A stretch of DNA of 64,000 bases from a virus (IMGVR_UViG_3300027772_001865:1-64000), one strand, 5' to 3'; positions 55,685 through 63,928 are shown, numbered from the stretch's first letter. Made by a program: numbers and translations. The notes: generated by a model not told the origin, from the letters alone.

Positions 55685-58600
55685 GTTTGATATTTTTTAT
55701 TCAGGTAAGAAGCCGGGATTGTTTGCTCATGAGTGCGAGGCTGATAGTATTGAGCATGCACAACAATTGAGTCGTACAAGGTTCTTTTGGTTTGTAAATT
55801 ACTTATCTGACTACACAGGCTTTGATTTTCTTTGGGAGCCTGTACCGTGGCAAGCACAACAACGACACGCATGGTTAGACCAGTATCAATTTGATTCGGG
55901 TGTGTATCTTGTTCCTAAAAAAGGATATGCAGAAACAAATTATCATGCAGAGCCTCGAGTACATAGATTGCCTGATATTGATTATTGGCACATACCCAAA
56001 TGGATTGATCCTGCCAGTATAGATTTTAGATGGGCGCCCGATCCCACTGATCCTCCTTACATATATGAGTTTCCTGTAGAATGGGATTGGGATAGAGTTG
56101 GTGGCCCGGAATATAGAATCCCAGGAGCAACTGATCGCAAGTATATAGACACATTTGTTACTCGCACACAGTCAGACAGAGACATGTGGAAAGTGTACGA
56201 CAATGTATCCAGCACTGATACTGTATTCAATTGGCATCCAAATCCGTTTGATCCGCCAATGATATATGTGTTTGGCAATCAGCATTGGCCAGCAGAAATA
56301 CGAGCCAGTGTAGAATATCATGTACCAGGTGCCACTGTAAAAAAATACATGGACGATATACGCACAACACGATTGTCAGACAAGAACAAGTTTACGTGTT
56401 TGTATCCTTGTGAGTTTGACTGGTCCTGGGAACCAAATCCAGGAGATCCGCCCTACATCTATGTTTTTGGAAATCAGTGGTGGCCTGCAGAAAAGATGGC
56501 CACAGTTGAATATCATGTGCCGGATGCAATAGAGCGTAAGTTCATGGATCAGCCTGCGACCTTACTAAGCAACAAAAACAATTGGTCGGTGCCCGATAAT
56601 GTTGATCCATTAAGTATTGATTATTCATGGGTACCTGATCCTGGAGATCCACCTTATACCTATGTGTTTGGTAACCAGCACTGGCCTGGAGAAATAATGC
56701 CTACTGTGGAATATCATGTTCCGGGCGCAACTGAATGCAAATACATAGATTATATTCGGATAACACTTACAGAATGCATGGATAACTGGGAAATACTGGA
56801 AGAAATTGCACATGATGAATGGGATTGGAGTTGGATACCAAATCCTTTAGATCCTCCTTACATATATGTGTTTGGCAACCAATGGAACCCACCAGAATTT
56901 AAAGCCAGTGTCAAGTATGTTGTCCCGGGCGCCTCAGAAGTCAAGTACATGGATCGTCGAACACGTAGACTTCCGACTCCAAAATTGTTCAGACATAATC
57001 TAGCTGTTAGCAAGTTTGATTATTCCTGGGAACCAAATCCGTTTGATCCTCCCATGATGTATGTGTTTGGTAATCAGTGGAACTCAGCTGTACTAGAACC
57101 CACAGTGGTGTACAATGCAGGAGGCAACGAAATCAAATATGTAGATGATATCATTGCCACAGTAGCACAAGATGTCAGCGCCTGGGAGTTGTTGGATGAC
57201 ATTGAATCATTTGATTACTCATGGAGACCCAATCCTACAGATCCTCCTTACATATATGTGTTTGGTAATCAATGGCTTACCCCCGAACAGCGTCCTGCAC
57301 TAAGATACTGTATACCAGACGCAACTGATATCAAGTACATGGATCATCCGCGAGCACAACGTCGTGGTGATCACACACGCTTTGTTCAGCACTATCCGGC
57401 ATCGTTTAACTGGTCCTGGGAACCTGAACCTGGCAGCCCACCTTATAACTATGTGTTTGGTAATCAGTATTATTCTGCAGAAGTCATGCCCACGATAGAA
57501 TATCGCATGAGTGGCGCAACAGAACGCAAGTACATGGATATTCCTGCACAATTATTACCGCATCACAGTAATCATTGGCACACACTTGTGGACTGTGAAT
57601 GGGACTATACATGGCGCCCAGAACCAGGATCGCCGCCTTACATCTATGTGTTTGGTAATCAGTGGTGGTCAGCAGAAAAGATGCCTACATTAGAGTACCA
57701 TATGGTCGGTGCCACTGAACGAAAGTACATGGAAGGCCCATTGGCTACACTACCAATAGACATGTCTAATTGGAGTATTCCAAAACATATTGATTTGACT
57801 GACATGGATTTTTCATGGTGTCCTGATCCTGGCGAACCGCCTTACATCTATCAGTTTGCAACACAACACCAAAAGACTGGTGGCCCACAGTATCGCATGC
57901 CAGGCGCTACAGAGTTCAAGTATGTGGACATGATGCGAGCTGAAGTTAAGAAAGAAGCCGCCCCTATATTTGAAATAGATCACTTGGATGGTGCCGCAGG
58001 GCAAATTCCTGATGTAGTTAAGCGAGTGCGTTACTTTGACAACTATCGTGATACGCTAATACGCTTGGCCAAGAGTCTAGTAGGTGAATATGAACATGTA
58101 TGGGTGTGTAGCAGTATATGTGATTACACTGACTTTGACTTTTCATGGCATCCAGAAACATGGCAATCAACAATGTTGCATGTGTTTCCATCAGACAAAG
58201 AAAAGTTTGGAGACACATTCTACATGCATGTGCCTACATTTGCTGAACGTGCAGAAAAGAAAGCCTTGTTGGAATGGTATAGTGTAAACTATGTGCCACG
58301 CCGGAGTGTGCCACGTAGACCCATGCCAGTGATCCTACACACAGCAGATTCGCATGTAGATGCAGTTAAAAACACAACATGGGCAGGACCACTTGCTACA
58401 TTTACCACAACAGATTATGTTCCTGGCAACATGATTACTGTTCCGCTCTGGCGTAAAGAAACCAAAACTATTGTTCCATTAAGTGCAGGTGCATCAAGTG
58501 TTATTGTACCAAGAGTAGCAGTAGGCGACGTTCGTACACAGTTATATGATTATGCTTACATAGACAAAACACGTCGTATGTTAAAAGATCATCCCCTGGA

Positions 58601-59294
58601 CATTGTGTTTATTTCGAATGGCGAACCCTATGCTGAGTTTAACTATGAACACTTGAAGTGGGCTGTGCAAATGGAAGGGTTAGACTGCAATCACATTCAT
58701 CATTCAAAGGGTGTGAATGGTCGTGTGGCAGCATATCAAGCAGCCGCTAGATTAAGCACAACACCTTGGTTCTTTGCTGTGTTTGCCAAGCTAGAAGTTG
58801 ATCATAGATTTGATTGGTACTGGCAACCTGATCGTATGCAACAACCCAAGCATTACATCTTCCACGCACACAATCCTGTGAATGGTCTAGTGTATGGACA
58901 CCAGGCCATGATTGCATATAACAAGAAGATGACATTAGAAAACACAGGAGAAGGTCTGGACTTTACCATGGATCAACCACACGAAGTTGTGCCTATCATA
59001 AGTGGCACAGCCAACTACACTGAATCACCTTGGATGGCCTGGCGTACAGCATTCCGCGAAGTACTTAAACTCAAGCACAGCCTGCCAGATGTAGAAAACG
59101 AATACAGACTCAACATGTGGCTCAGCGATGCCGGTGAAGTTAAAAATGCAGAGTGGAGTCGCTACGGAGCAGAGGATGCTGTAGAGTACTACGACGAAGT
59201 AGGTGGGGATTTTGCGGCTCTCAAGAAGAGCTACGAATGGGATTGGCTTGCGACGTATGCGTTTATGAAACGCAGTCTAACACCTGATCGCTGA
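55683..59294 (+). CDS. 1203-aa repeat protein: GT-like N-terminal fragment, ten ~66-aa W/P/Y-rich repeats, and a C-terminal GT-A-like domain lacking DxD
   Basis: Repeats FDWSWEPNPGDPPYIYVFGNQW...VEYHVPGATERKYMD. The C-terminal DIVFISNGEP...KGVNGRVAAYQAAA...NPVNGLVYG...AWRTAFRE aligns by eye with the 32907 protein. Confidence 0.8.
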   Translation: MFDIFYSGKKPGLFAHECEADSIEHAQQLSRTRFFWFVNYLSDYTGFDFLWEPVPWQAQQRHAWLDQYQFDSGVYLVPKKGYAETNYHAEPRVHRLPDIDYWHIPKWIDPASIDFRWAPDPTDPPYIYEFPVEWDWDRVGGPEYRIPGATDRKYIDTFVTRTQSDRDMWKVYDNVSSTDTVFNWHPNPFDPPMIYVFGNQHWPAEIRASVEYHVPGATVKKYMDDIRTTRLSDKNKFTCLYPCEFDWSWEPNPGDPPYIYVFGNQWWPAEKMATVEYHVPDAIERKFMDQPATLLSNKNNWSVPDNVDPLSIDYSWVPDPGDPPYTYVFGNQHWPGEIMPTVEYHVPGATECKYIDYIRITLTECMDNWEILEEIAHDEWDWSWIPNPLDPPYIYVFGNQWNPPEFKASVKYVVPGASEVKYMDRRTRRLPTPKLFRHNLAVSKFDYSWEPNPFDPPMMYVFGNQWNSAVLEPTVVYNAGGNEIKYVDDIIATVAQDVSAWELLDDIESFDYSWRPNPTDPPYIYVFGNQWLTPEQRPALRYCIPDATDIKYMDHPRAQRRGDHTRFVQHYPASFNWSWEPEPGSPPYNYVFGNQYYSAEVMPTIEYRMSGATERKYMDIPAQLLPHHSNHWHTLVDCEWDYTWRPEPGSPPYIYVFGNQWWSAEKMPTLEYHMVGATERKYMEGPLATLPIDMSNWSIPKHIDLTDMDFSWCPDPGEPPYIYQFATQHQKTGGPQYRMPGATEFKYVDMMRAEVKKEAAPIFEIDHLDGAAGQIPDVVKRVRYFDNYRDTLIRLAKSLVGEYEHVWVCSSICDYTDFDFSWHPETWQSTMLHVFPSDKEKFGDTFYMHVPTFAERAEKKALLEWYSVNYVPRRSVPRRPMPVILHTADSHVDAVKNTTWAGPLATFTTTDYVPGNMITVPLWRKETKTIVPLSAGASSVIVPRVAVGDVRTQLYDYAYIDKTRRMLKDHPLDIVFISNGEPYAEFNYEHLKWAVQMEGLDCNHIHHSKGVNGRVAAYQAAARLSTTPWFFAVFAKLEVDHRFDWYWQPDRMQQPKHYIFHAHNPVNGLVYGHQAMIAYNKKMTLENTGEGLDFTMDQPHEVVPIISGTANYTESPWMAWRTAFREVLKLKHSLPDVENEYRLNMWLSDAGEVKNAEWSRYGAEDAVEYYDEVGGDFAALKKSYEWDWLATYAFMKRSLTPDR
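56020..57930 (+). repeat. Ten tandem degenerate repeats, period about 195-201 nt
   Basis: TATGTGTTTGG(C/T)AA(T/C)CA recurs near 56265, 56460, 56661, 56865, 57060, 57255, 57450 and 57645, with two more diverged end units. Confidence 0.9.
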
Positions 59295-60372
59295 TGTATT
59301 CAACTTCGAGGTCTGTTAATTCAGGATAGATAGGCAAGCTGAGTACACGCCGAGCAAGACTAGAACTTGCTGCCAACATATCTGGACCTGGGTATGCACG
59401 ATACAATGGCATTTCGTGCAAGGGATTTACATAATGCACTCGTGTTTCTATTTTGCGTAAAGCAAGATTTGCTCTCAAGGTATCGCGGCCATCAACATCT
59501 ATAACAAACTTATGCACAGCATGATTGTGTGCATTAGAGTCGTTGATCAAACAACGTATGTCTGCATGTTTGAAACGCTCGCACCAATGATTGGCTATCT
59601 TTTGTCTACGTGCTTGCCACTGATCAATGTGTTTTGCTTTGACCAGCATGTGCGCACAGTCTAGTTCACTCATGCGGCTGTTGGTACCAGGATTACGATG
59701 CGTAGGCTTACCATTGTCTCTCCAAGCTCTTGCATATTCTGCTAGATCCAAATTGTCCGTGACCACAGCACCACCGTTGCCATAACAAGCAAGGTTCTTC
59801 ATGGGATCAAAGCTAATTGCGCCACCACCTCGCCCGGTTCTTTGACCATCTGCTGCCAGCCAATGTTGTGCGGCATCCTCAATTATAACAGTATCGTGTC
59901 GTAGCCATTCATTCCATGCACGAAGATTACCGTGATGAGTCATTGACGCACCATACAAGCCAACTAGCACTACAGCTTGATAACTCAAGTCATGTGGAAT
60001 TTTATTAACATCTATTAGGCCATGTATGTCTGTGTCAATGATGTGTATATCCCAGCCTGCCCGTATAAATGCATTGGCAGTGGCCACATAGGTCATTGAA
60101 GGAATTAATGCAGTAGGAGGATGTGGCACAGGAGATTCCATGGCCCAGTAACTGGCTAGAATCTCAAGTGCGTGGGTACCTGAGTGACAAGTTACTGCAT
60201 AGCGCACACGATTTTTTTTAGCAAGCCAAGATTCAAACTCAACAGTGTTGTTACCGTTCATGAGTTGGCCACTTCGAAGTACTTCGTCAGTAGCGTCTAA
60301 AATCTCTGTGCGGAGATTGTTATACTGCTTTCGGAGACCAGTAAACGGAATTGTTAAGCCAGTTGAAGTAAT
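59263..60372 (-). CDS. DegT/DnrJ/EryC1/StrS PLP-dependent sugar aminotransferase; true start uncertain
   Basis: AVTCHSGTHAL, YVATANAF, IIEDAAQH, SFDPMKNL (PLP Lys), GNGGAV, and GTNSRMSE. The frame is open upstream of the track ATG (60261) and encodes the family's N-terminal IPF..LRKQY segment up to a stop at 60388-60390. Confidence 0.88.
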   Translation of the reverse strand: MTSTGLTIPFTGLRKQYNNLRTEILDATDEVLRSGQLMNGNNTVEFESWLAKKNRVRYAVTCHSGTHALEILASYWAMESPVPHPPTALIPSMTYVATANAFIRAGWDIHIIDTDIHGLIDVNKIPHDLSYQAVVLVGLYGASMTHHGNLRAWNEWLRHDTVIIEDAAQHWLAADGQRTGRGGGAISFDPMKNLACYGNGGAVVTDNLDLAEYARAWRDNGKPTHRNPGTNSRMSELDCAHMLVKAKHIDQWQARRQKIANHWCERFKHADIRCLINDSNAHNHAVHKFVIDVDGRDTLRANLALRKIETRVHYVNPLHEMPLYRAYPGPDMLAASSSLARRVLSLPIYPELTDLEVEYISDQVLDCVS

Positions 60373-61288
60373 TTTGAAATCCCTCTTCTACATCCACTTT
60401 GGGATCATAACCTAGAATTGTTCTGGCACGGTCAATGTTTAATGCACCACGTGACGGAAAGTCTGCGTCTTTGTCTCGGCACTCAATAGTACCCTTGCCA
60501 ACAATTTTAACAATCATTTCTGCGGCTTCTAACAAGCTCACACTATGTGATTTAGTAATGTTATAGGTGCTGTTACGACTCATGATACGAGTAGCAGCCG
60601 CCACAATGCCATCTGCGGCATCATCCACATAGGTAAAGTCTAGCGTCTCCCCTGCCCCATTAACTCGGAGAACGCCTCCTCGCATGGCTCCGAGCATAAA
60701 TTTTGCCACCACTCGGTCTTCCACATCCAAGGGGCCGTATACAGCACTAGGCCTAATAACAGCGTAATCAAAAGCGCCGCGGCGATGGTAGTCTTTGACA
60801 ATGTCTTCTCCAGTTAATTTCATAATGCCATATTGGCCAATGGGTTTACAGTCGTAGTCTTCTTCTACTTGATCTTCAAAGTCACCATATACCATTGAAC
60901 TTGAAATGTACACAACACGTTCCACACCGTGCTTTTTGGCACTCTCGCAAACGTTGATCAAGCCCTCCATCATCACACGACTACCCCAGGCAGGGTTGGC
61001 ATTGACAACTTTCTGTCGGGGAAAACTTGCCATGTGGATGATAACTTCAGGTTTGTGTTTGGCCACTAGCCAATCAAAGTTGTCAGCATCGGTAATATCA
61101 ACGTGATAGATATTTTTGCCTGATATCTTCTTTAGCCGTTCCGCCATCAAGTAGTCAAGTTCTGCTTGTGGAATGATTCCGTAGTTGGTACGTGTGTCTG
61201 TTATGATCACTTCGTGTTCTAGAGCTTCTAATCGTTGTACCACGTTGTGGCCAATGAGCCCTAGGCCGCCTGTTACTAATATTTTCAT
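60320..61288 (-). CDS. NAD-dependent NDP-sugar epimerase/dehydratase (extended SDR)
   Basis: MKILVTGGLGLIG (GxxGxxG), ISSSMVYG, YGIMK (YxxxK), and LDFTYVDD. The ATG at 61288 overlaps the upstream stop (the track start is 61312). Confidence 0.92.
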   Translation of the reverse strand: MKILVTGGLGLIGHNVVQRLEALEHEVIITDTRTNYGIIPQAELDYLMAERLKKISGKNIYHVDITDADNFDWLVAKHKPEVIIHMASFPRQKVVNANPAWGSRVMMEGLINVCESAKKHGVERVVYISSSMVYGDFEDQVEEDYDCKPIGQYGIMKLTGEDIVKDYHRRGAFDYAVIRPSAVYGPLDVEDRVVAKFMLGAMRGGVLRVNGAGETLDFTYVDDAADGIVAAATRIMSRNSTYNITKSHSVSLLEAAEMIVKIVGKGTIECRDKDADFPSRGALNIDRARTILGYDPKVDVEEGFQNYFNWLNNSVYWSPKAV

Positions 61289-61614
61289 TTGTTGCCCCAC
61301 TTCAATGTCCAAAAGGTTTGATCCTGTTCACTTAATCTTGCCATGATACGATACAAGTGCCCATAACTAGAAATATCTGCTTGACGAGTCCAGTAAGGTT
61401 TTTCCACAGCATGTTCCATGATGAACTTACCAGCATCTGATTCCTGCCACTCATATATGGGTTGTGCCACATACAAATCAGGATCTTCTACATCGCCCAT
61501 GCGGATCTCATGTACACACACGTCACAAAACTTTACAGCTCTATCTCCAATGATTTCAACCCGTTCGGGTTGCCATTGCTTGTATTCGTTTGGGTAAGTG
61601 CTTGTTATTGCCAT
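61285..61614 (-). CDS. Hypothetical protein (109 aa)
   Basis: ATGA coupling to the epimerase and a promoter motif just upstream. Contains MGDVEDPDLYVAQPIYEWQ. Confidence 0.7.
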   Translation of the reverse strand: MAITSTYPNEYKQWQPERVEIIGDRAVKFCDVCVHEIRMGDVEDPDLYVAQPIYEWQESDAGKFIMEHAVEKPYWTRQADISSYGHLYRIMARLSEQDQTFWTLKWGNK

Positions 61615-61619
61615 ACACT

Positions 61620-61628
61620 AGTATAGCA
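61620..61628 (-). promoter_or_regulatory. Extended -10 promoter TGcTATACT
   Basis: Minus strand TG-C-TATACT ends 5 nt before the ATG at 61614. TTGCTC lies at the 17-nt -35 position. Confidence 0.5.
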
Positions 61629-61634
61629 CAGGGA

Positions 61635-62306
61635 TTAGTCTCGAGCAACCAAGTCGGCTGCCATTGGGAAGATTGCTGTGATGGCTTGAGCACAAGCTCG
61701 TGCAATAGCCTGATGTTCTTTTTGTGTGCCGTTGGCACTGCGCAATTCAATAAAGTGAATCCAGGAACGCAATGTGCCATTCATGTACAGTCGGCTTTCA
61801 ATCAAGCCTTCGGGTAACACAGCTCGGGCTTGTTCTTTGGCAATGCCGTTGGCAATGGCCCAGTCGTATTCTCGTTTGGCAGCATAAATGACTCGTTGTT
61901 GAGCACGGTACCAATCATTTTGTAGCAGTTGATCATCAACTTCGACGCTGTTTTGTCTATTTTTTGTGTCTTGCAATCTAGCTTCTCTTGTAACAAAATT
62001 GAGATCTTTCGTTGGGTCAGCATATCGCTGACTGAACTCTTGGAAACTGAAACTTCTGTGTCGCAAGATTTGTCTTGCAATGTCTCTTGTTGTGGTGATT
62101 TCCATGCATGCGGAGACCATTTCGAGTGGGCTCCAGTGCTGGTGCTTGACCAAGTATCTGATAAGTTTGTCTGATGTATCTGTGTTGAGCTGATTGGAGG
62201 GATTGCTGACACGGGCGCAATACGCAATAAGTTCCTGCGCATTGCCGAGGCCCATATCTGCAAATTTCTCTGTTGGCTGTGAATAGGATAGTAATTGAAC
62301 ATCCAT
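61635..62306 (-). CDS. thyX: Flavin-dependent thymidylate synthase
   Basis: ARVSNP, HQHWSPLEM, RQILRHRSFSFQEFSQRY (RHRx7S motif), EQARAVLP, and NGTLRSWIHFIELR. Confidence 0.95.
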   Translation of the reverse strand: MDVQLLSYSQPTEKFADMGLGNAQELIAYCARVSNPSNQLNTDTSDKLIRYLVKHQHWSPLEMVSACMEITTTRDIARQILRHRSFSFQEFSQRYADPTKDLNFVTREARLQDTKNRQNSVEVDDQLLQNDWYRAQQRVIYAAKREYDWAIANGIAKEQARAVLPEGLIESRLYMNGTLRSWIHFIELRSANGTQKEHQAIARACAQAITAIFPMAADLVARD

Positions 62307-62308
62307 GT

Positions 62309-62316
62309 TATTTATA
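62309..62316 (-). promoter_or_regulatory. T4-type late promoter motif TATAAATA (minus strand)
   Basis: Exact consensus overlapping the upstream stop, only 2 nt before the thyX ATG. Confidence 0.5.
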
Positions 62317-62614
62317 GTCCGTTGAGGAGTTTGTCGGTTTCGGGTTGTAAAAGTTTGGCTACTTCGCTTACATCAACGACGAAGTCAATGTCTTTGACTT
62401 CGTCGCCAAATTCAGTTAGTGTACGGGTCAAGACAATTTCTAATTCGTCCATGTCAAGACCTTGTTTTTTAAGTGTAGCTAGATTGATAGTCCGTTGTTT
62501 CTTGCCATGCAATCTAATTACAACTTTTTTAATGCACTCAAGTGGGATTTCAGTCTTGTTTACTTCTTCAATGATGTGTTCCCACCTGGCCAGGAACTCA
62601 TCACTGAACTGCAT
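62312..62614 (-). CDS. Hypothetical protein (100 aa)
   Basis: Tiles between its neighbours. Sequence WEHIIEEVNKTEIPLECIKKVVI... Confidence 0.75.
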   Translation of the reverse strand: MQFSDEFLARWEHIIEEVNKTEIPLECIKKVVIRLHGKKQRTINLATLKKQGLDMDELEIVLTRTLTEFGDEVKDIDFVVDVSEVAKLLQPETDKLLNGL

Positions 62615-63332
62615 CTGCTGACACTACCTTGGGTGGACGACCACGACGTGGGGCGGTGGTAGTAGGTTGTGCCTGCTCTTTTACTGCTGGTGTAAAGTTG
62701 TTTAAGTTCACAGCTGGATACATGCGCTGAGCATCTTTCTTCATTCTAGCCGCTTCGGCAATCATGCCCTTGGCTTCTGATTCCATGCGTTTGGCCTGTG
62801 ACAGCATGTTCATAGCAAGTGATTTGTCATCTAGTGCACCATCAGTTGATGCAAGCAACGGTTCAGGTTGTTGTGCATTACGCTCTTGGCCACGTTTGAA
62901 TTCTGCTTCAGCTTTCCGCTTTACAGCAGGATCAACTAGGCCGGTGCTTTTATCAATTTCACGCAGGCGATTGATAGCGGCCTCACCTGTTTCCATCTCT
63001 TTGATGATACGGTTGAGTTCGTCTAGCTTGACATTGCTCTGAGCATTGGGTGTCACAATGACTTGATTGCTAGGAATCTTCTTGATCATGCCCTCACGAT
63101 GCAAGGCTTCCAGTTGTGGACGGCCATCTGGCAATACTCCGCGATGCAGGGCATCTGCCAAGTTGGTGGCCTGTTGACCCACTGGGCTTTCCAATGTTTT
63201 CATGATTGAATCATGAATATGTGTTGGCAAAGTCTCTGGATAAATCACAAGGCACATATGATCCTCGCCAGGTACTTCTCTAAATAAAATTGCAACCTTG
63301 CGGTCTCCGTGTCTTCCGATGTGTTTAAGCAT
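62601..63332 (-). CDS. Hypothetical protein (243 aa) with a C-terminal coiled-coil and basic RRGRP tail
   Basis: AGGAG SD upstream of MLKHIGRH, and overlapping neighbours. Confidence 0.8.
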   Translation of the reverse strand: MLKHIGRHGDRKVAILFREVPGEDHMCLVIYPETLPTHIHDSIMKTLESPVGQQATNLADALHRGVLPDGRPQLEALHREGMIKKIPSNQVIVTPNAQSNVKLDELNRIIKEMETGEAAINRLREIDKSTGLVDPAVKRKAEAEFKRGQERNAQQPEPLLASTDGALDDKSLAMNMLSQAKRMESEAKGMIAEAARMKKDAQRMYPAVNLNNFTPAVKEQAQPTTTAPRRGRPPKVVSADAVQ

Positions 63333-63525
63333 TTGCTTCTCCTTGAGTATTTGCAGATTGTTCTACTGCCTGAGCCTGAACGGACTCAATAAAGAGTCCG
63401 AGTTTTTCATACAACTCACCAACCTGCTTCATTTCGGATGCTTTGAATGCACCGCGAGTACAAGCCGCATCAATGATGTTCTTGATAGAAACCATGTCAG
63501 TGATTGTTAGTTGAGTATTTCCCAT
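63325..63525 (-). CDS. Hypothetical protein (66 aa)
   Basis: GTTAAATA motif 5 nt upstream. Sequence IIDAACTRGAFKASEMKQVGELYEKL. Confidence 0.75.
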   Translation of the reverse strand: MGNTQLTITDMVSIKNIIDAACTRGAFKASEMKQVGELYEKLGLFIESVQAQAVEQSANTQGEANA

Positions 63526-63561
63526 GCAAATATTTAACGAGAAAATACTTGGTGGTGATTT

Positions 63562-63744
63562 TTATTTGATCCCAAAATGTTCTTTGATCTGATTCATAGC
63601 ATCATCGTATCCGTTTAGATACAAGTTATATATGCATTCTCTCACAATCAGACCGGCCAGTTGATCAATTCGGTCAACTGCAATCCACTTACCGCTTACG
63701 TCGGTTCCTATTTGGTTTACTAATTGCTGTATCTTGGGATCCAT
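63562..63744 (-). CDS. Hypothetical protein (60 aa)
   Basis: Sequence ...AGLIVRECI...IKEHFGIK. Tiles with its neighbours. Confidence 0.65.
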   Translation of the reverse strand: MDPKIQQLVNQIGTDVSGKWIAVDRIDQLAGLIVRECIYNLYLNGYDDAMNQIKEHFGIK

Positions 63745-63928
63745 ACTTCTTTTCCATAACTGGTTTGATGTTAATATCGTATATCTGTTCCATCACACGC
63801 CACAAGCCACGGCGTTCAAGTGCGGTCATGCCACGTACCCAAGGCGGGTCTGCGGCTAATTTTGGCACTTCATAATCTTCTCTGTACATCACACACATTG
63901 AGTGAATGATCTCTTCACGAGTTTTCAC
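63689..63928 (-). CDS. Hypothetical protein (79 aa)
   Basis: GTG start overlapping the upstream stop, with AAGGA upstream. Confidence 0.6.
   Translation of the reverse strand: MKTREEIIHSMCVMYREDYEVPKLAADPPWVRGMTALERRGLWRVMEQIYDINIKPVMEKKYGSQDTAISKPNRNRRKR

Noticed and set aside
51546-55690. Plus-strand ORFs of 148 aa (51546) and 178 aa (55154) and many other 60-140 aa track ORFs
   Set aside because: They are antisense or off-frame shadows of longer motif-bearing genes that already tile the window.
56020-57930. Possible CRISPR array or DGR template/variable repeats
   Set aside because: The repeats are in-frame, degenerate mainly at synonymous positions and about 200 nt long. There are no unique spacers, no adenine-specific variation and no reverse transcriptase.
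30718-61288. Interpretation as a classical RiPP cluster (rSAM-SPASM plus precursor)
   Set aside because: No RRE/PqqD domain, protease, exporter or Cys/Ser-rich precursor is visible, and the co-resident enzymes are sugar-directed. It is kept only as a low-score alternative.
61802-62302. 166-aa alternative-frame ORF inside thyX
   Set aside because: It is fully nested in a highly conserved gene and has no motif.
46316-62306. DNA hypermodification as the primary role (carbamoyltransferase and rSAM near thyX)
   Set aside because: No hydroxymethylase, TET/2OG dioxygenase, nucleotide kinase or DNA-directed transferase is recognisable in this window. It is not excluded, because such genes could lie elsewhere in the genome.
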